From Hormiphora californensis (taxonomy: Eukaryota > Animalia > Ctenophora): 64,000 nt of DNA. A program made the translations under genes and the position numbers. How positions within the stretch are numbered: position 1 is the first letter of the stretch; each line of letters opens with the position of its first letter. Under the pieces are notes generated by a model. The model did not search any database, was not told the origin of the DNA, and was given only the letters and a program-made list of their open reading frames with translations. Shown here piece after piece: positions 14,465-32,748 of the stretch. Where the stretch lies: the NCBI GenBank assembly GCA_020137815.1, contig CM035350.1, forward strand, positions 6,572,001 to 6,636,000. The letters are read 5' to 3'.

Positions 14465-14898
14465 GGCCGGGTCCAGACGAGTGGTAGGTAGCTACTATGG
14501 TAGGCTACCATGGTAAGCTACCATAGTAGCTGGGAACTGACCAGACGAGTGGTAACAAAGCTACTATGGTAGGCTAGCTACCACTCGTCTGGCCACCCTC
14601 TGACACATCTACCATGATACTTCTGTAATCATCGGGGGTATCAAGTTTCTTATGCCCCACAGTAAGATGTGACAACAAGTTACAATGGTAGGCGGTCAGA
14701 GGGTGAACAGACGAGTGACCACCTACTATAGTAGCCTACCATGGTAAGCTACTATAGTAGGCGGTTATACCTCGACCTATAACCGCCTACCATAGTAGCT
14801 TATGGTAGATATAGGTGTACAGACGAGTGGTAGCTGTGGTAGATATCTACCATAGTAGCCTACTATAGTAGCTACCTACTACTCGTCTGGACCCGGCC
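14465..14898. mobile_element. PIF/Harbinger-like MITE (TTA TSD, GGCC termini)
   Basis: TTA|GGCCGGGTCCAGACGAGT...ACTCGTCTGGACCCGGCC|TTA, with internal repeated CAGACGAGTGG and CTACCATAGTAG motifs. Confidence 0.9.
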
Positions 14899-15156
14899 TT
14901 AGTTTATAACTTTGCTATCACGTGACTATTGACTGATTCGTCATCGTGATTTGATCGTGATGCATGATTCAAGAAAGAGGGCAGAGAGAGAAAGAGGGAT
15001 TAGAACCTAGTATTGAGAGCTTGGAGGAGGGGGTTGAAACTAAAGTTAGACTTGTCATTAGTCTTGACAATTTTGTGGCAGATGACTCAGATGTTCAAAG
15101 GATTACAAACGTGACCCAAGGGGTGGCACGGAGAGGTGACCCCGCTGCAAATGTCA

Positions 15157-15249
<93 letters not shown>

Positions 15250-15607
15250 AAGAGAGATGTAGAGAGCAATGTGGTTATGTATGAGCTATAAAATTGTGAT
15301 GTGTAACACTGTTGCAGTAGGTCATCTCTCAAGCATCTTCTCCAGATCCTATATCGATCACAAAGAGAATCAAGAGACAGATGGGTATACGATGTAATGA
15401 TAACTCTTACTAACGAATATAAATGTAAACTGCGATCAGTCCTCTCTATGTCGTATACTACTCGACTCTCTCTTAGCTATAAGTCATCAGTCTCTCTTTC
15501 TCTCTTATCCTCTCAATGTCTTGGCCACTGTACTCAATGTACGAATTTTCATGTGAGTAACGCATATATGCCGCCGGGAGGTTCCTACTATCTCTCTCAC
15601 ACACACA

Positions 15608-15662
<55 letters not shown>

Positions 15663-17178
15663 TAGCAGGAAACCCGACTAACTCAGTAAGTCTCGAGCAT
15701 GAATCCTAGGGTTGCTGTAATCCAAAACACGAATTGGGTAACATCGAGCAGACTAGTAAATTACCAAGAGCGAAGTGAATTACTCCATACCAAGGGCGAA
15801 GACTTTAAAGAGGGCACAGAAACACCTGGTAATAGGTTTGGAAGTCTGTATAACCAGGAAAAAACAGGATATGCAGGAACTACAAAGATCGGGTTAACTA
15901 GTCTAGTAATAAACTTGATCTAAGAGCAAAAGGAATGCGAGCATTAGATCATACGCTTTCTACTTGTGAAATATACGTGAGCGATAACCGACCATTAGAT
16001 ATCTCATAGCCATCTGTTTCTCTTCCTATACTCAGATAACACAGAACAGAACATATGTTTCTGAAAGGTAAAAACTTCAAAGAAGGTTCTGGGATGAAAG
16101 AAATGGTGGCAGAAAGCCAACAACTTCTCTAGGGGGGCAAGGTTCCGTTCTCCTAGTCCAAGCCAGCCAGACAGTCAAAAGGAACCAGGCAATACCAACC
16201 AGGACTAAACGCCATCGTGTGGAGGATCTTAGTTGAATGGTTATCAGCTCTCCCAAACTCCGTCTCCGCTCTTCCCGTGGTAGCCTGTTGTACAGGACTT
16301 ACAAAGGGAGGGAGTGAGGCCCGCTTTAGGATATTCGAAACTTCTTCCTCCGCCAAATAAGGGTGAGAGAATGCGCTAGAGACACATTTAACGATGGGAT
16401 TCAAGGGTTCCCTGATGACTGGAAGAAGTTCTTGTAGTGCAGGTAACCTGTCTTGTTCTGGGACACTGCTAGTTGAGTTACGAGAGATATCTTCGATTAG
16501 CAGAGAGTTGATTAACTCGGCCTCTATCTGTGACTTGGTGAGTTGGAAGAGAGCCTTCAGGTAGGCCTCTCGGGGATCAAACATCGCACACTCTCCCATA
16601 CATCTCACACATGCTGCTATCTAGACTACTCCTTCATAAAACTAAACATTGAACAATTCAAATGCGGGTATAAAACTGAAAGAGTCTAGACTACAAAACA
16701 ACAAGTGGTAGGGGTGTGCTACAAGTACAAGGCGGGGGAGGGGGCAACTGCAGCAGCAGAGGGGGATCTCTAGACTTTGAACTCTACATATCAAATGTTG
16801 GAGCCAGCTGTAGCCCGCCACACTCACACCCTCACCAGCCAATCACAGCACGGTATTACAGCACGTGACTACACCCAACACCAATGAGTCTCGATCTCGC
16901 TTACTCATGCCTATTAGGTTTCTAAGTAAGGGCGCTCTACACCACGTGATTACAAGGGACTGAAGCTCATTGGCTATCACCATATCACGTGATTGAAGGA
17001 AGGAACTGTGATTGGTCGAGATCTAGGAGCAGCTGCTTACCCGTCACAATCCGGGAATATGCTGATGCATTGAAAATCCAATAAAATAAGGGGGAGGGAG
17101 GGAAGATGATTCTACTTCTGGATTGAGGGGGGCCGAGTGATGTGATATTGTGAAATATTGGTTGCTATGGTTACTCAC

Positions 17179-21013
<3,835 letters not shown>

Positions 21014-21049
21014 CTGCATGGGGTGTTCGGGAGTCAGCATTATGCACAT

Positions 21050-21260
21050 GGGGTCTGGGTCTGAAAGTGGGGTCTGAGTCTGAAAGTGGGAGCCTGGGTC
21101 TGAAAGTGGGAGCCTGGGTCTGAAAGTGGGAGCCTGGGTCTGAACGTGGGGTCTGGGTCTGGGTCTGTCAGTATAAGGGTCTTGGACTGTCAGTGGGGTC
21201 TGGGTCTGAAAGTTGGGTCTGGGTCTGTCAGTGGGGTCTGAGACTGTCAGTGGGGTCTGT
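21050..21260. repeat. Minisatellite, about 20-bp unit (GGGTCTGAAAGTGGGAGCCT and variants)
   Basis: Direct tandem copies visible. Confidence 0.9.
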
Positions 21261-22128
21261 TAGAGAAAGGAAGCTATCTGCTTGTCTGTTGCTATGTTTA
21301 TCTGACACTTCACACCGTTTAGTCTGTGTAGTAGTCTGATAGTCAATTAGAGAGGGAGTCTGGCAGTCTGGTTCATGCTTCCCACCCGATCCATCAAATG
21401 ACCGACAAAGGGCTGTGTGTATGGCAAGCAGTTCTGACACTGATTCTGTGTATTTCAACTCATTCACAGTTCAGAAGGAGTAATGGTGAGAAATTTAAGA
21501 TTCCATTTATTGTAAAACTGCCTTTAACCATTCTAAGTTCTCACAGCATATAGTCACGGTAAGATGTCCACGAGGCAATGACGGGGAGACAAGAATACTG
21601 AATAGTGTTGAATGGGTAAAAAAGAAGGGCAAGAATCTTGTTCGCCCCAGAGGGTAAGGGTGCGGCTTTATTGCAAACATTTACCACAGCTTCTACTCGA
21701 TTGAAATATATGCCTTGTGAAACCAACCTACTAAATAGTTTAAGTTTTAACTTGGGAGGCCCCCTCCTTATTATATGATTAGATGACTGGTTAAAATGGT
21801 CTATTACTTTTTAGTGCACGAGGCCGAAGGCCGAGTGTTCTAAATACAACAATAATGAACCGAGACCGACAGGTCGAGGTAGATCCTTTTACTTAGCTGC
21901 CGAGCCTGCGAGGCACGCTAAGTGTAACTACCGAGCGAGCCTGCGAGCTCTGTAGTTGTACTTTTGGGCCGAGCCTGCGAGGCCTAAAAGTGAAAGAATC
22001 TTTAACATTATTGTTGTGTAATAGAGCATGTAAAAGCAGTCATCTAATTTTATTAGATGATTTTGGAAACAAACTGAGTGAAAGAGATAAAGATTGAGTG
22101 AGAGAGAGAGAGAGAAAGAGAAAGAGAA

Positions 22129-22195
<67 letters not shown>

Positions 22196-22373
22196 TGTGC
22201 AGTAGTCACTACTGCATAGTGCACACGCCCTAACCCTTATCTTTTCTCCCCCTCTGCAACTATAGGTCACGTGATCGTCACGTGATGGCACCACGCCAAT
22301 GAGCGTCCTGCATCTGCTTTCCCTCTCTGCCTTCGATTCTCTCTTTTCCTATCTCTCTCTCTCACACACACAC

Positions 22374-22453
<80 letters not shown>

Positions 22454-23398
22454 TCTATCTCTCTCACTTAATCTTTATCTCGTTCACTCAGTTTGTAATG
22501 TTTGTAATGCTCACACTGTGTGCGTGTGACTAGAAAGTGTCTAATTTTTCACATACCACTGCAACGGTATTTTACTTTATAATTACTAGTGTTTTTGCAG
22601 TGGTCTAAGTTTTCACAGTACACTGTAACCGGTGGTCACGGTGTACTGTGAAAACTTAGATAACCGGTTAAAATTGTCTAATATGTTCTAACCCTCCCTT
22701 TACATAAATGTAACACAGTCTAGCCAGGCAACCCCCTCCTTATTATTTATCATCCTCTCAAAATAGGCATGTTTCCAGTGACATCATGACAGCAGACAGG
22801 TGAGCAGGAAATGCACGCATTTTCATGTGCTTATTATTGTTTTTCTGCCGCACGCTCCAAACACAAGCTATCTTTTATATGTCGTGATTTTAATCTCACC
22901 ATCCTCTCGCTCACTCTCTGTTTCTCTCTCACTCTCTATCAGTCTCAATCACTATCTCTCTCTCTCTCACTCTCTATCAGTCTCAATCACTATCTCTCTC
23001 TCTATCTCTATCTCTCTCTCATCAAAGTTTTAAGGACACTCTCTTAACAAGAACTGCACGTGTGAAGCTTGCACGCTAGGTGTGCTGGAGGCTCCCAGAG
23101 TCGGAGTATTCTAGCAGTACAGGATACACAGGTGACCCTTAGAGTCGGAGAGAAAACAACAAGGGCATGACGAAATCACAAAGTAATGTTTCTATATCAG
23201 ATTTACCACTGTTAGCAAGGAGAAGTTCCAAAAAGAATACATACCACTCTCTCATCTTGTATTTCTCATCATCGCCATCTTGTGTTTCATAGTTTAACTA
23301 CATTCGAAAACAGCTGTCAAAATATATCCTTCCTCTGCAGCAGGCTTATTAACTTCTTCTATTTTCTTTAGCTCACTTCCTTTCCGCCCTTTCTGTCC

Positions 23399-23460
<62 letters not shown>

Positions 23461-23474
23461 TCTATCTCTCTATC

Positions 23475-23554
<80 letters not shown>

Positions 23555-26500
23555 CCCTCTCTCCACCCTCTCTCTTCCTCCCACCTCACAATGTCCCAGG
23601 GAGGAAGAAGGGTTAAGTGGGTCTGATTAGGGGCTCTCCCACCTTAATTGCAGCTTCTAATTTTCGACATGCATGAATGGGCGTACGATTCTCTCACCTC
23701 TCACCCCCCTGATAGTTTAGGCAGTAAATTAAATCCCCTCTCTTCTCACGCTGTACTCCTTGAAGCAGGTAGATATCAGTTTCAGTTCATGATAAATGGA
23801 CACAATGAGGCTTGTCTGACTATTGACCAGTGCTTGGTAACCGAGATATATAAACAAGGGGAGAACTGAGGGAGAGAGAGAGAGGGGGATGGGCCTGGAA
23901 GTAGCAAAGATAGAGAGAAAGGTTCTCGAAAGTAGTAGAGAGAGAGATGGTCACAGAAAAAGAAGACACCACGGTAGCCCTAGCAGCCGATCAAGGGGGA
24001 CCGCTAAGACAAGGACTTGTGTAAACACATACACGCACTGACAGAATGGTGCAAATACCAGAATAGTAGTACCAACATATGCCAAGAATATCCTTCAGTA
24101 GCGTTATCACCTCATGTGTGATGTGAGAAACACACAGAGAAACTATTGGTAGAAGATAAACCTAGCCAAAGATATACGTAGTGGTTTGTGAGAGACGCAC
24201 AGACAGACCATTGGTAAAACCCTTAGATCATCAGGGTGGTTCGGTGTATCTACCGAAGGCTGAACAAGAAATCTAGGATGAACAGGGGAAGGGAGGAACC
24301 GGACATCGCTAACTAGCGGTACTAACACCTGTGTGTGTTTACCCAGGTGATCTGTTACACATGAACATCATAATGATGGGAAATATCCCATCCCAGTAAT
24401 TCATAATTGCAAGGTAATGAATCATGTCTTTCTGTCTGTCTGTCTGTCTGTCTGTCTGCCTTCTAGTCTGTCTGTCTGTCTGTTTGTGTCATATTGAGCC
24501 CCCCTCCGGTGGTGGTTCCGTGTACTGTGCGAACGTGTGAATAGAGGGGTGCATGATGGGGAAGAGTACACACAAACAAACACACATTCCTCATGCAGAG
24601 AGAGGGGAGAGAGAGGAGGGAGGAGAGATAGAAGAGGAACGAGAAGCTTTATGGAAGAATTTTGGGAGCTCCAGATGACAACTTAGCATGCTCTGTAAGT
24701 GATCCACTGATACACACATTAATTATTGGGGACGCAGGAATTTGCTAAACGTAGTCATGACGTGAGAACTAGAAGAATGATGACGCACTTCCCTAGAACA
24801 TATTCTCTGACAGTATGACTCCTAATTTTAAGATTGCGCCCTTACACCATTGCCACTCAATGTAATATGACGGTATTGAAGGAGGAAGGTAATATTAGAG
24901 TGAACTATACACCAAGTATCTGGTCATGATATAGGTTGTGTAGTTGTTAGAGAGATTTAGATGTTGAGTGTTGAATCAGAGTCAATGACTCTCTCTCTCT
25001 CTCGGGGTCATTTGAAGAGGATCGATTAGAAGAGAGTGGTACGGTGCGAGAAAAGACCAATATACTATATTTGACCCCCACACCTGGTGTCATTGCAAAA
25101 GTGGCATGAAGAGAGAAGGGGATGAGGAGGGAGTATGAAGGAGAGTCTACTACAACACGAGGGGGGCATGAAGAGGGGATGGTGACATGAATGGGACATG
25201 AATCTACAATCTATGAGGGGGAATTGTGTATAACACTGTCACAAGTCACTAGCAATAACACAGCTGCATCCCTTACCCTGTCCAGTGGCTGTTGTGGGAG
25301 TTATCTTCTCTCTTCAGTTGCTTAGTCATCATTGACAACAGGCCTGGAGGGAGAAAGGGGACATTTTTAGAGAGATCATTATTAAAATGTGAACCCAATA
25401 TTGAAATAAAAAATAAAATAAGAATTAGCTAGGATAGGACGGTTTTAAAAGTAAGATAAGAAAGCTTGACCAGTGGATAGGTTAGTGAGACAGAAAGAGA
25501 CGGATTGGGTAGAAAGTTGGAGGAGGATGGATAAATTTGGATAGAAAACTTGAGAAAGGGGTAGAAAGTGAGAAATTAAGCTTTAGTCTAAAGCCTTTAG
25601 AAGTGGGTAGACAAGTAAGTGAGAGGGGCAAGCTTGATAAATAGGGTAGAAAGCTTGAGAAAGGGGTAGAAATGGTAAATAGAAAGTTGGAGAAATGTTG
25701 AGAATGAGGGAGGAATGCGGATGTGACAATTGGTCTAACTGGGTTACAGCGGGGGGAGCAAACCAATAAAAAGTCTCACACTCCCTACACTAACACACCA
25801 CACACGATGTGGTTATATTAGTGTTTGACAACTACGGCCCGAGGAATATAGGAACGGGGTATAAAACATTAAATATTATGCAGTGGTGGTACTGAAAAGA
25901 AGGAAAAGGAGGTTGTTACTACTACACATCGGGTGTGTAGTATAATTGTAAGGCCTACATATACACAGTATACTACAGTACAGTACAATGAGCTGCAAAA
26001 AGCACACAAGATAAAACACTAGACACACAATAACAGAGACAGAGACAGAGACACCTGGATATAATTGGAAGAGGGCCCCAATTGTTTCTAGATCATGTAT
26101 TTATAGCACTTCCAACATAGAGATATGTGTTATAGAGCTCTACTCTCTAGTTTTAGCAAGCACCCCTAACTACCTACCGGTGAGGGCATGTTGTCAGTAT
26201 GTCTGTCACTCAGTCATCACCATACCATACTTAGAGAGTATCGGTCGTCAAATATGTCGAAACACAAATTAATCAGTTTGTAATATTTTGTAAACCTCTC
26301 ACAACGAAATAATACAACTGTATTTAGGACCTCTCACATGATAAATTTCAATGCTAACTTACTACCACTACAGCATTGTTCCAGACTAGTACTGCTCCCT
26401 GAAATGTCAGGAGGTAGGACAGGGGAGTCCTGCTCCTCTATCAATTCGATAACAAGCATAGGTAAATCAAGGTATACACAGAGCACAGATATGTGCAACG

Positions 26501-27640
26501 GGATTGGAAAGTAGACAAGTCATTTCCTAGTGCGAGCAATGTGAGCTAATCACGGTAACGATTACTTCACACACACACACACAAATGCTAACCCTCTCAT
26601 ATCCACATACCTGTCAATCCGATTCTTGGCTCTCGTTTCACTTCTTAATATGCTAATGGAATTACAAATTAGAGCTGAGAGCATATGATTTTCCACAGGC
26701 GTGCTTAGACTTATGTTTACAGTACACTCAATTGGCTCTAACCACCAAATCACTTGACCGTTTTGACTGAATTAATAAATTATTTGACAGCCCATCGAAA
26801 CCCCTAACCTTAACCCTGATTCTATTTGACAGTGGTGCTCGGTCATATTGGCCGCCTGCACAGCGCCGTCCAGTGTCCACGCCGTCTAGAACGCGGGAAA
26901 ATGCAAGCAATATCAATACTGACTAAATCTTTGACGTTGTAGACCGCGTCGCATGAAAATCGTTATGTGGGCAGCCAATCAAAGAGCCACTATCGTCTGT
27001 AAGAGGAGTTTTGTTTAGAGAAATCAGAAAACCGAAATTTTTGAAAAAAGAGCACAGGACGGGATTTTTTTGGATTTCAAATAAAAAAGATTTGCATGTG
27101 CGAACGCGCGCAAACAATTAAAAATTTAACCTTTACGCGCGGCTTGATGTTTGCGCGGTCGATTTTTGAGCTGCGCGCTCACTCCATTCTGCTCGCGCGT
27201 CAGCGTGACCGTATTTGATTATGCGACCCTGCGCCCTACAGCAAGTACAGTCAGGTGACTTCATAAACACTGTTCAAATGAAGTGTTCACTGTTCATTGA
27301 ACGTGCCCTGCCATGGGAATGCCACGTGAGTAAACTTAAAACTGCATAATTTTTGGCAACAAAATCACTTTTATTCAAACAGAATCAATAAAAACAAAAA
27401 CAAAATATACATAAAAAGATGTGTATAGCTGGTCTTCAAAACAAACCCAAACTGTAAATACACCTAAACACTCTTCTCTTATTTGACTGTAAACAAAAAA
27501 TACAATTAAAAACATTCACTCAAGCAAGGTCACGGTATCTACTGTTTCTCAAGTTCATGTTTCCCAATGAATAGTCTATCTATTATATAATGTATCTCTG
27601 GTACCGCTCTCTAAATATATATTGTCCATCTCGTACCCCC

Positions 27641-30600
27641 TCAAAGAAGGAGCGGTGTTCGCTCCGATGAATTCCTCTCCTCCTCCTCTATCTTCCCGAA
27701 CCCAGTAGACTTCTCAGCAACACTGGAATTCCGGGAAGGCCCAAAGAACGTAAGGAACACCGGGAGGAACACAAGGCCATGCAACATACCTAGGGCAACA
27801 ATACAAACATACATCCGGAAGTAGTATATCTCAAAAATCTGAGATTTAGCGAAGGCCAAGACAGAAATTCCAATAAGCTTGGTCATAAAGATTCCACTGA
27901 GAACGGAGGATCCTGTTTTGGCGAGGGCCTCCTTAGCCCGCTCCACTCGACTAAAGTGCCGGGAGAGAGCAAATGACCGAGTGATATGGGAGCAGAACTC
28001 AACGGAAATTCCCACACTCATAACAAGGTTCACCAGAGACACCGGGTTGATGTTAATATCCAGGAGATACATCATTCCGAACATGTTAACTGTTATCATC
28101 AGAACCGGTGGTCGTTGTGATGACTGCTGCCATAAAGTTGAAATTTAGAAGGACAAAACTGACGATGAAGACAGCCACGATACACACCGAGAGATTGATG
28201 GCAACTTGTTCCACCATCGTAACATACATCTCATAGTAGACGTAGAAGACGCTGTACGGGTAAATTGTAGCATTTACATTCTCCATCATCAGATTGGAGA
28301 GGTTGCGGGCTTGGTTGTAGGCTGATATGAAGTCGCTGCTGTTCCGGCATGTTGTGTGGTATGACATGAAGAGAGATGCCGTGAATTGTGATACTGCACC
28401 GGTGGTAGTGTTGGTTGTGTAGTTAACAGCGTTCCCGTAAGCAGCGTGCCCTCCCTTCGGTACAACTGTCCAGATCTGGGTTGTCGTGAAGAAACCAGGA
28501 GAGATACTTGTTAAAATCATCCGCACCCGGTCTGTTGTGGGTGTACTCTCCCTCAATACAGGGGGTACAGAAGGATCCAAAATCGCTGGCTGGACAGAAT
28601 TTCCCAGGTTCATCATCGTGGTATCGACAGCAGGACTGGTCAGCAGCGGGTTCCAGCCAATCAAAGTAGTCGTCAATCCAGGAGTTGGGTGGCTGGGCTA
28701 GTCGGGAGAAGTCAGAGTAGTTGCTGTATACATTGACAGTAGAGACGAGGGAGTCCAGGTTACACCCATGACACCCCGCAAATCTGGTTCTGAGAGATGA
28801 GGTCGCTTGGATCCAAACCTTTGTCATGTTCTACAACAAAGTAAACGGGGGCACCCACCTCCAAATACTCAGATAGGTAGTCAAAGTAAGGGACCCATGT
28901 AGGAGTCCTTGGGTAGAGCGAGTTGTTGATCCAGTCCTATCTCTAGGTGAGGGATAGCAGCGATGGAGAGACAGAATGTCAGACCAAATAAGGACATAAC
29001 CAGGAAGCGGACCACAGGTGGTGTTTAGAAGAGCGGGTACCCAACACTTGCTTACAAAGAGGTATAGATGGTGATCTGGGTCGTGCCTCTCCCTCCGCTA
29101 GCTGGATCTCCGGGGAGGCCTTCACACAACAGAAAATATCTGCCCTTTCAGCTAGTTCCCGTCTCCTATCCCACGCGACAAGAACCAGAAACACCGATAT
29201 TTGAAGAAGGAAGTTAATGAGAACAGCAACTGATGCGTAGAGTGAGAAATCATGTACCGCTGGTTGAGAGGAGAGACTGCCACATGCGAATGCTATAACT
29301 TCACTGGCGGCAGAGAGGAGCATGGAGGGTCCCGATCTTGCCAACAATCCTAACCAACTGAGTATCACTAGTCTCACCGGGACTCCTGACATCTCTTTGT
29401 AGTGCCTGGACCAGGATGAAGATGTTATCGACACCCACAGCCAACACTAGGAAGGGTATCACCTCGAGGACAATGACGGTACTCTTAAACCCTGCATAGG
29501 AGAATATCCCCAGGGAGCAGATCACTGACAGGAGAACAAACAATACACCCGCTAATCCGAGAGATATTTTAGCGTCAATGAACCACCTTCTGAAGCAATA
29601 CATGTGAGCTGTACTCTCCGCAGCACAGCTGACCTTGCCCAACATGAGGGCCTACATAACCAAACATCAGGAAGTAGCTGAGGGCGACCGTGAAGACATC
29701 CTGGTTTGCCTCCCTCTCCAACTCATCCTTTATGGACCGTTCAGCTTGGAACTGCGATCTTTAGCACGTCTTGTCCGGCCGTATAATTCAGCATGAAGTT
29801 GATGAATTCCTTCTCCCACAGTTCTGCGTCACTGTTCAATGCCTCGTCCACGTGGTTATTGATTGGGATTGTTATCACCAGGGCCTTAGCATGGAGGGGG
29901 TCTGGCTCCCCGTGGAAGCCACCTAGTGCCACATTGGCAGCGGCTGGGCCAGTGAAGGAGGTGAGACAGGATACAGAATCAAAGGAGCCATCGAATGTCT
30001 CCAAGGGGCGAGTTGACACATTTAAACACGTGGTCTAGGTAGGTAGTCTTGTCTGACGTCACTTTATTGATCTTATCAGCCGTCATTCTGGAACCACTGG
30101 AAAGGAGATATTAGGGCACATTCCTGGACATCGGGGGCCAGGGGGATGAAGCAGACATCCTTGATGCCAATGGTCCTATTCCCACTCTGGGCTGTAAGGG
30201 ACATTATGGAGTCTTGTAACTGGAACACCTTCTTGAAGACATCCTCCTGAAACACTCCCCCAAAGGTCTGAGTGGTGTTCCTCTGTACATCGTCCCTGTG
30301 GAGGGTGTAGTTGAAGGCTGGGGACACTGGGAGCTGTCACAATCACCTGGGTGGTCCTGTAGAATGGAACAAATGTATCATCGAACTTGTTCTTTTCCAT
30401 TCTCGTCTGGCTGGATGGGGCACTCCACAGATCGATTGGGGCACTAGTCATGACGAAGAAGTACATGCCCCCACAGGCTCCACCAACCAGCACCAGTGCT
30501 ACAACTATTACCAGCCAGGGTTTCCTGATAGCGAACCCAGCCCAGGCAGTAAAAACCCGGTGTAAGATCTCGTCAACCCTCCTGCAACCCTTATTTACAC

Positions 30601-32490
30601 GATTCTGCATGGACGCGATGTGGCGCTCACTAATGCTGCTAGGCGATCGATGCGCTCCGGGTCATCGGGTCTGTCTGGTTTCTCCGGCGATAGTGAAGGT
30701 TAATAGGAGAGATGTGCCTAGGACACAGGAGGAACAGTGACAGGTAAATGATCATCAGGATAACTAGAGGGCCGTCAAATCCAGCGATGGTGAACAGTTG
30801 TTTAGGAGGGGGTATCTGTGGAGGAGCAGCACAGGTGTACTCCGAGACACAGTCCTGACATGAACACAACCAACTATCCTCCGTCTCCTTCTCCCAGCAG
30901 TACTTGAGTTGATCAGGTCCCAGCAACTCTCCCGTTCCGTTATCCGTTTTCACATCAGGGACCTGGAGGAAACAACAATATAATACTATTATTTTCTTTG
31001 GCACGTAATATAATTGAGGACTATATGTCACTGCCTGTACTATAATAATAGTGGTAACTTACCTCGTCTAGGTACTGAATAGGGAACGGGGACAGCGGGT
31101 TATTTCCCATAAAGTTGAACAGACGTTTCTCGTCACAGTTGGTAGAACCACACAGCGCTACGATGGCCTTCATGTTAGCGGCTGGTAGGGACACGTCCTT
31201 CAGGGAGTTGTAGTACTTTGATTGGAATTCCTCGCTTAGGTACATGTCTACACCCAGGACGTTATCGTAATCACCCTCTGAAGGAGGGGGAGGAGGGGTT
31301 TAGGAGGAGGAAGGAGGGGGTTTAGGAGGAGGGAGGGGGTTAGGAGGGGGAGGAGGGGTTTAGGAGGAGGAAGGAGGGGGTTAGGACGAGGGAGGGGGTC
31401 AGGACGAGGGAGGAGGGGTTTAGGAGGAGGGGGTTATCATAATATTGATCAATGATAATCCGATATTGTGGTAACTGACAACAGATATTCATTATTCAAC
31501 CAATAGATCCACATACCAGTGCTCTTCTCGATCTTGGTAGCATTGATGTAGAGACTCTGATCAGGGGAGCAAGTGAAGGTGCAGAACAGGGAGATAAAGT
31601 TCTTCCAGGACACTTCACACTTGCTAAGCAGGCTCTTTGCTTGGAGTGTCTAGGGGGAGAGGGGGATATGAGAGATGGCTGAGAGGGATTATTGGTTCAG
31701 ATGTTAGTCTGTAAATCTGTGTCAGACCCTGTTCTAATGTAACTAGGAACCAAACGACACAAGTAAACAACCAATCAGAACTCGTTATTTAGGTCACGTG
31801 ACTGGTTATCAGCCAATCAGGGACCTGTATTTCCTGATTCGGTCGGTTCCTGAATGTAACCCTCCTTTAAATTTGTAAGTTTCCCTGTGACCCGTGTGGG
31901 GCACGGTGAAACAGGGTCGAGCAAGGCATACCATGCCAATTATAGTAGGGCAAGAAATACTTGCAAAGCTGTGATTTGAGTAAATACTAACCTTAGTTTT
32001 GAGGTCTATGAATTGATTTAGATCACAGCAGATCTTATCTCCTGTCGCTAGCTCGGGGCATAACTCTGAAAATAAAGAAAATAAATCGATGGCAGGCATC
32101 AATAAAGGCAAGTTTCGTATAACTTTTAACTTTATTTAGACGCCTCAAACATCTGAAACTTACGAGGAAGGAATGCAGCCATGGTAGGGTCTATATCAGC
32201 AGCTGGGGCATTGTGAAACTTGACAAAGTTCCCTCCCGCCTGATGAGGAGGGATAGTGGTTAGGAGAGCTGAAAATTCGCAAAATCTAGGGGATCTACAA
32301 CAAGCAATCTTAGAAGAGAACCAAGTACAAAACTAGGAGATAAACATACAGGGTTGATGGTTGAAGCGTCTCCCTGTCCATACATCATACAATAACCGGG
32401 AGCATGGATCCTTGTGTTGTTATCATCTTGGCCCGTAACCACATCCCAGTAACCACACGCCACAACCACCAATAACCACATTGGTGACAT
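27641..32490 (-). CDS. NPC1: Niemann-Pick C1 cholesterol transporter; 5' exons about 32350-32490, 32164-32240, 31993-32065, 31518-31649, 31063-31277, then one long exon about 27641-30962 broken by several frameshifts
   Basis: Signal peptide; NTD cysteines ([16 protein letters not shown]; CSCQDC); [29 protein letters not shown]; sterol-sensing domain ([18 protein letters not shown]); [10 protein letters not shown]; [19 protein letters not shown]; C-terminal dileucine signal ERTPLLL. Confidence 0.95.
31744..31852 (+). mobile_element. About 108-bp hAT-like MITE with 8-bp TSD AATGTAAC, in an NPC1 intron
   Basis: AATGTAAC|TAGGAACC...CCAATCAG...CACGTG...GGTCGGTTCCTG|AATGTAAC. A second copy lies in inverted orientation at 36327-36434 and a deleted copy at about 749-786. 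Confidence 0.85.
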
Positions 32491-32706
32491 GGCTATACAA
32501 GAGAGAAGCGGTTTAGATTGGGGAGGGGGTAGCAAAAGATACTAGGGAGACAGAAAAAATTGTTAATTGAATGCTTGAAAATTAAAATTTAAAAACCCAA
32601 GCAAAGTGTTGTTATAAGCAAGACACACCCTCGCAAGCGGAAGGACAGTTGTTGAATTCTGAGCTGATAGTCGCACGATAAAACGTAGAGAAAGAACGAG
32701 TGCGAG

Positions 32707-32748
<42 letters not shown>

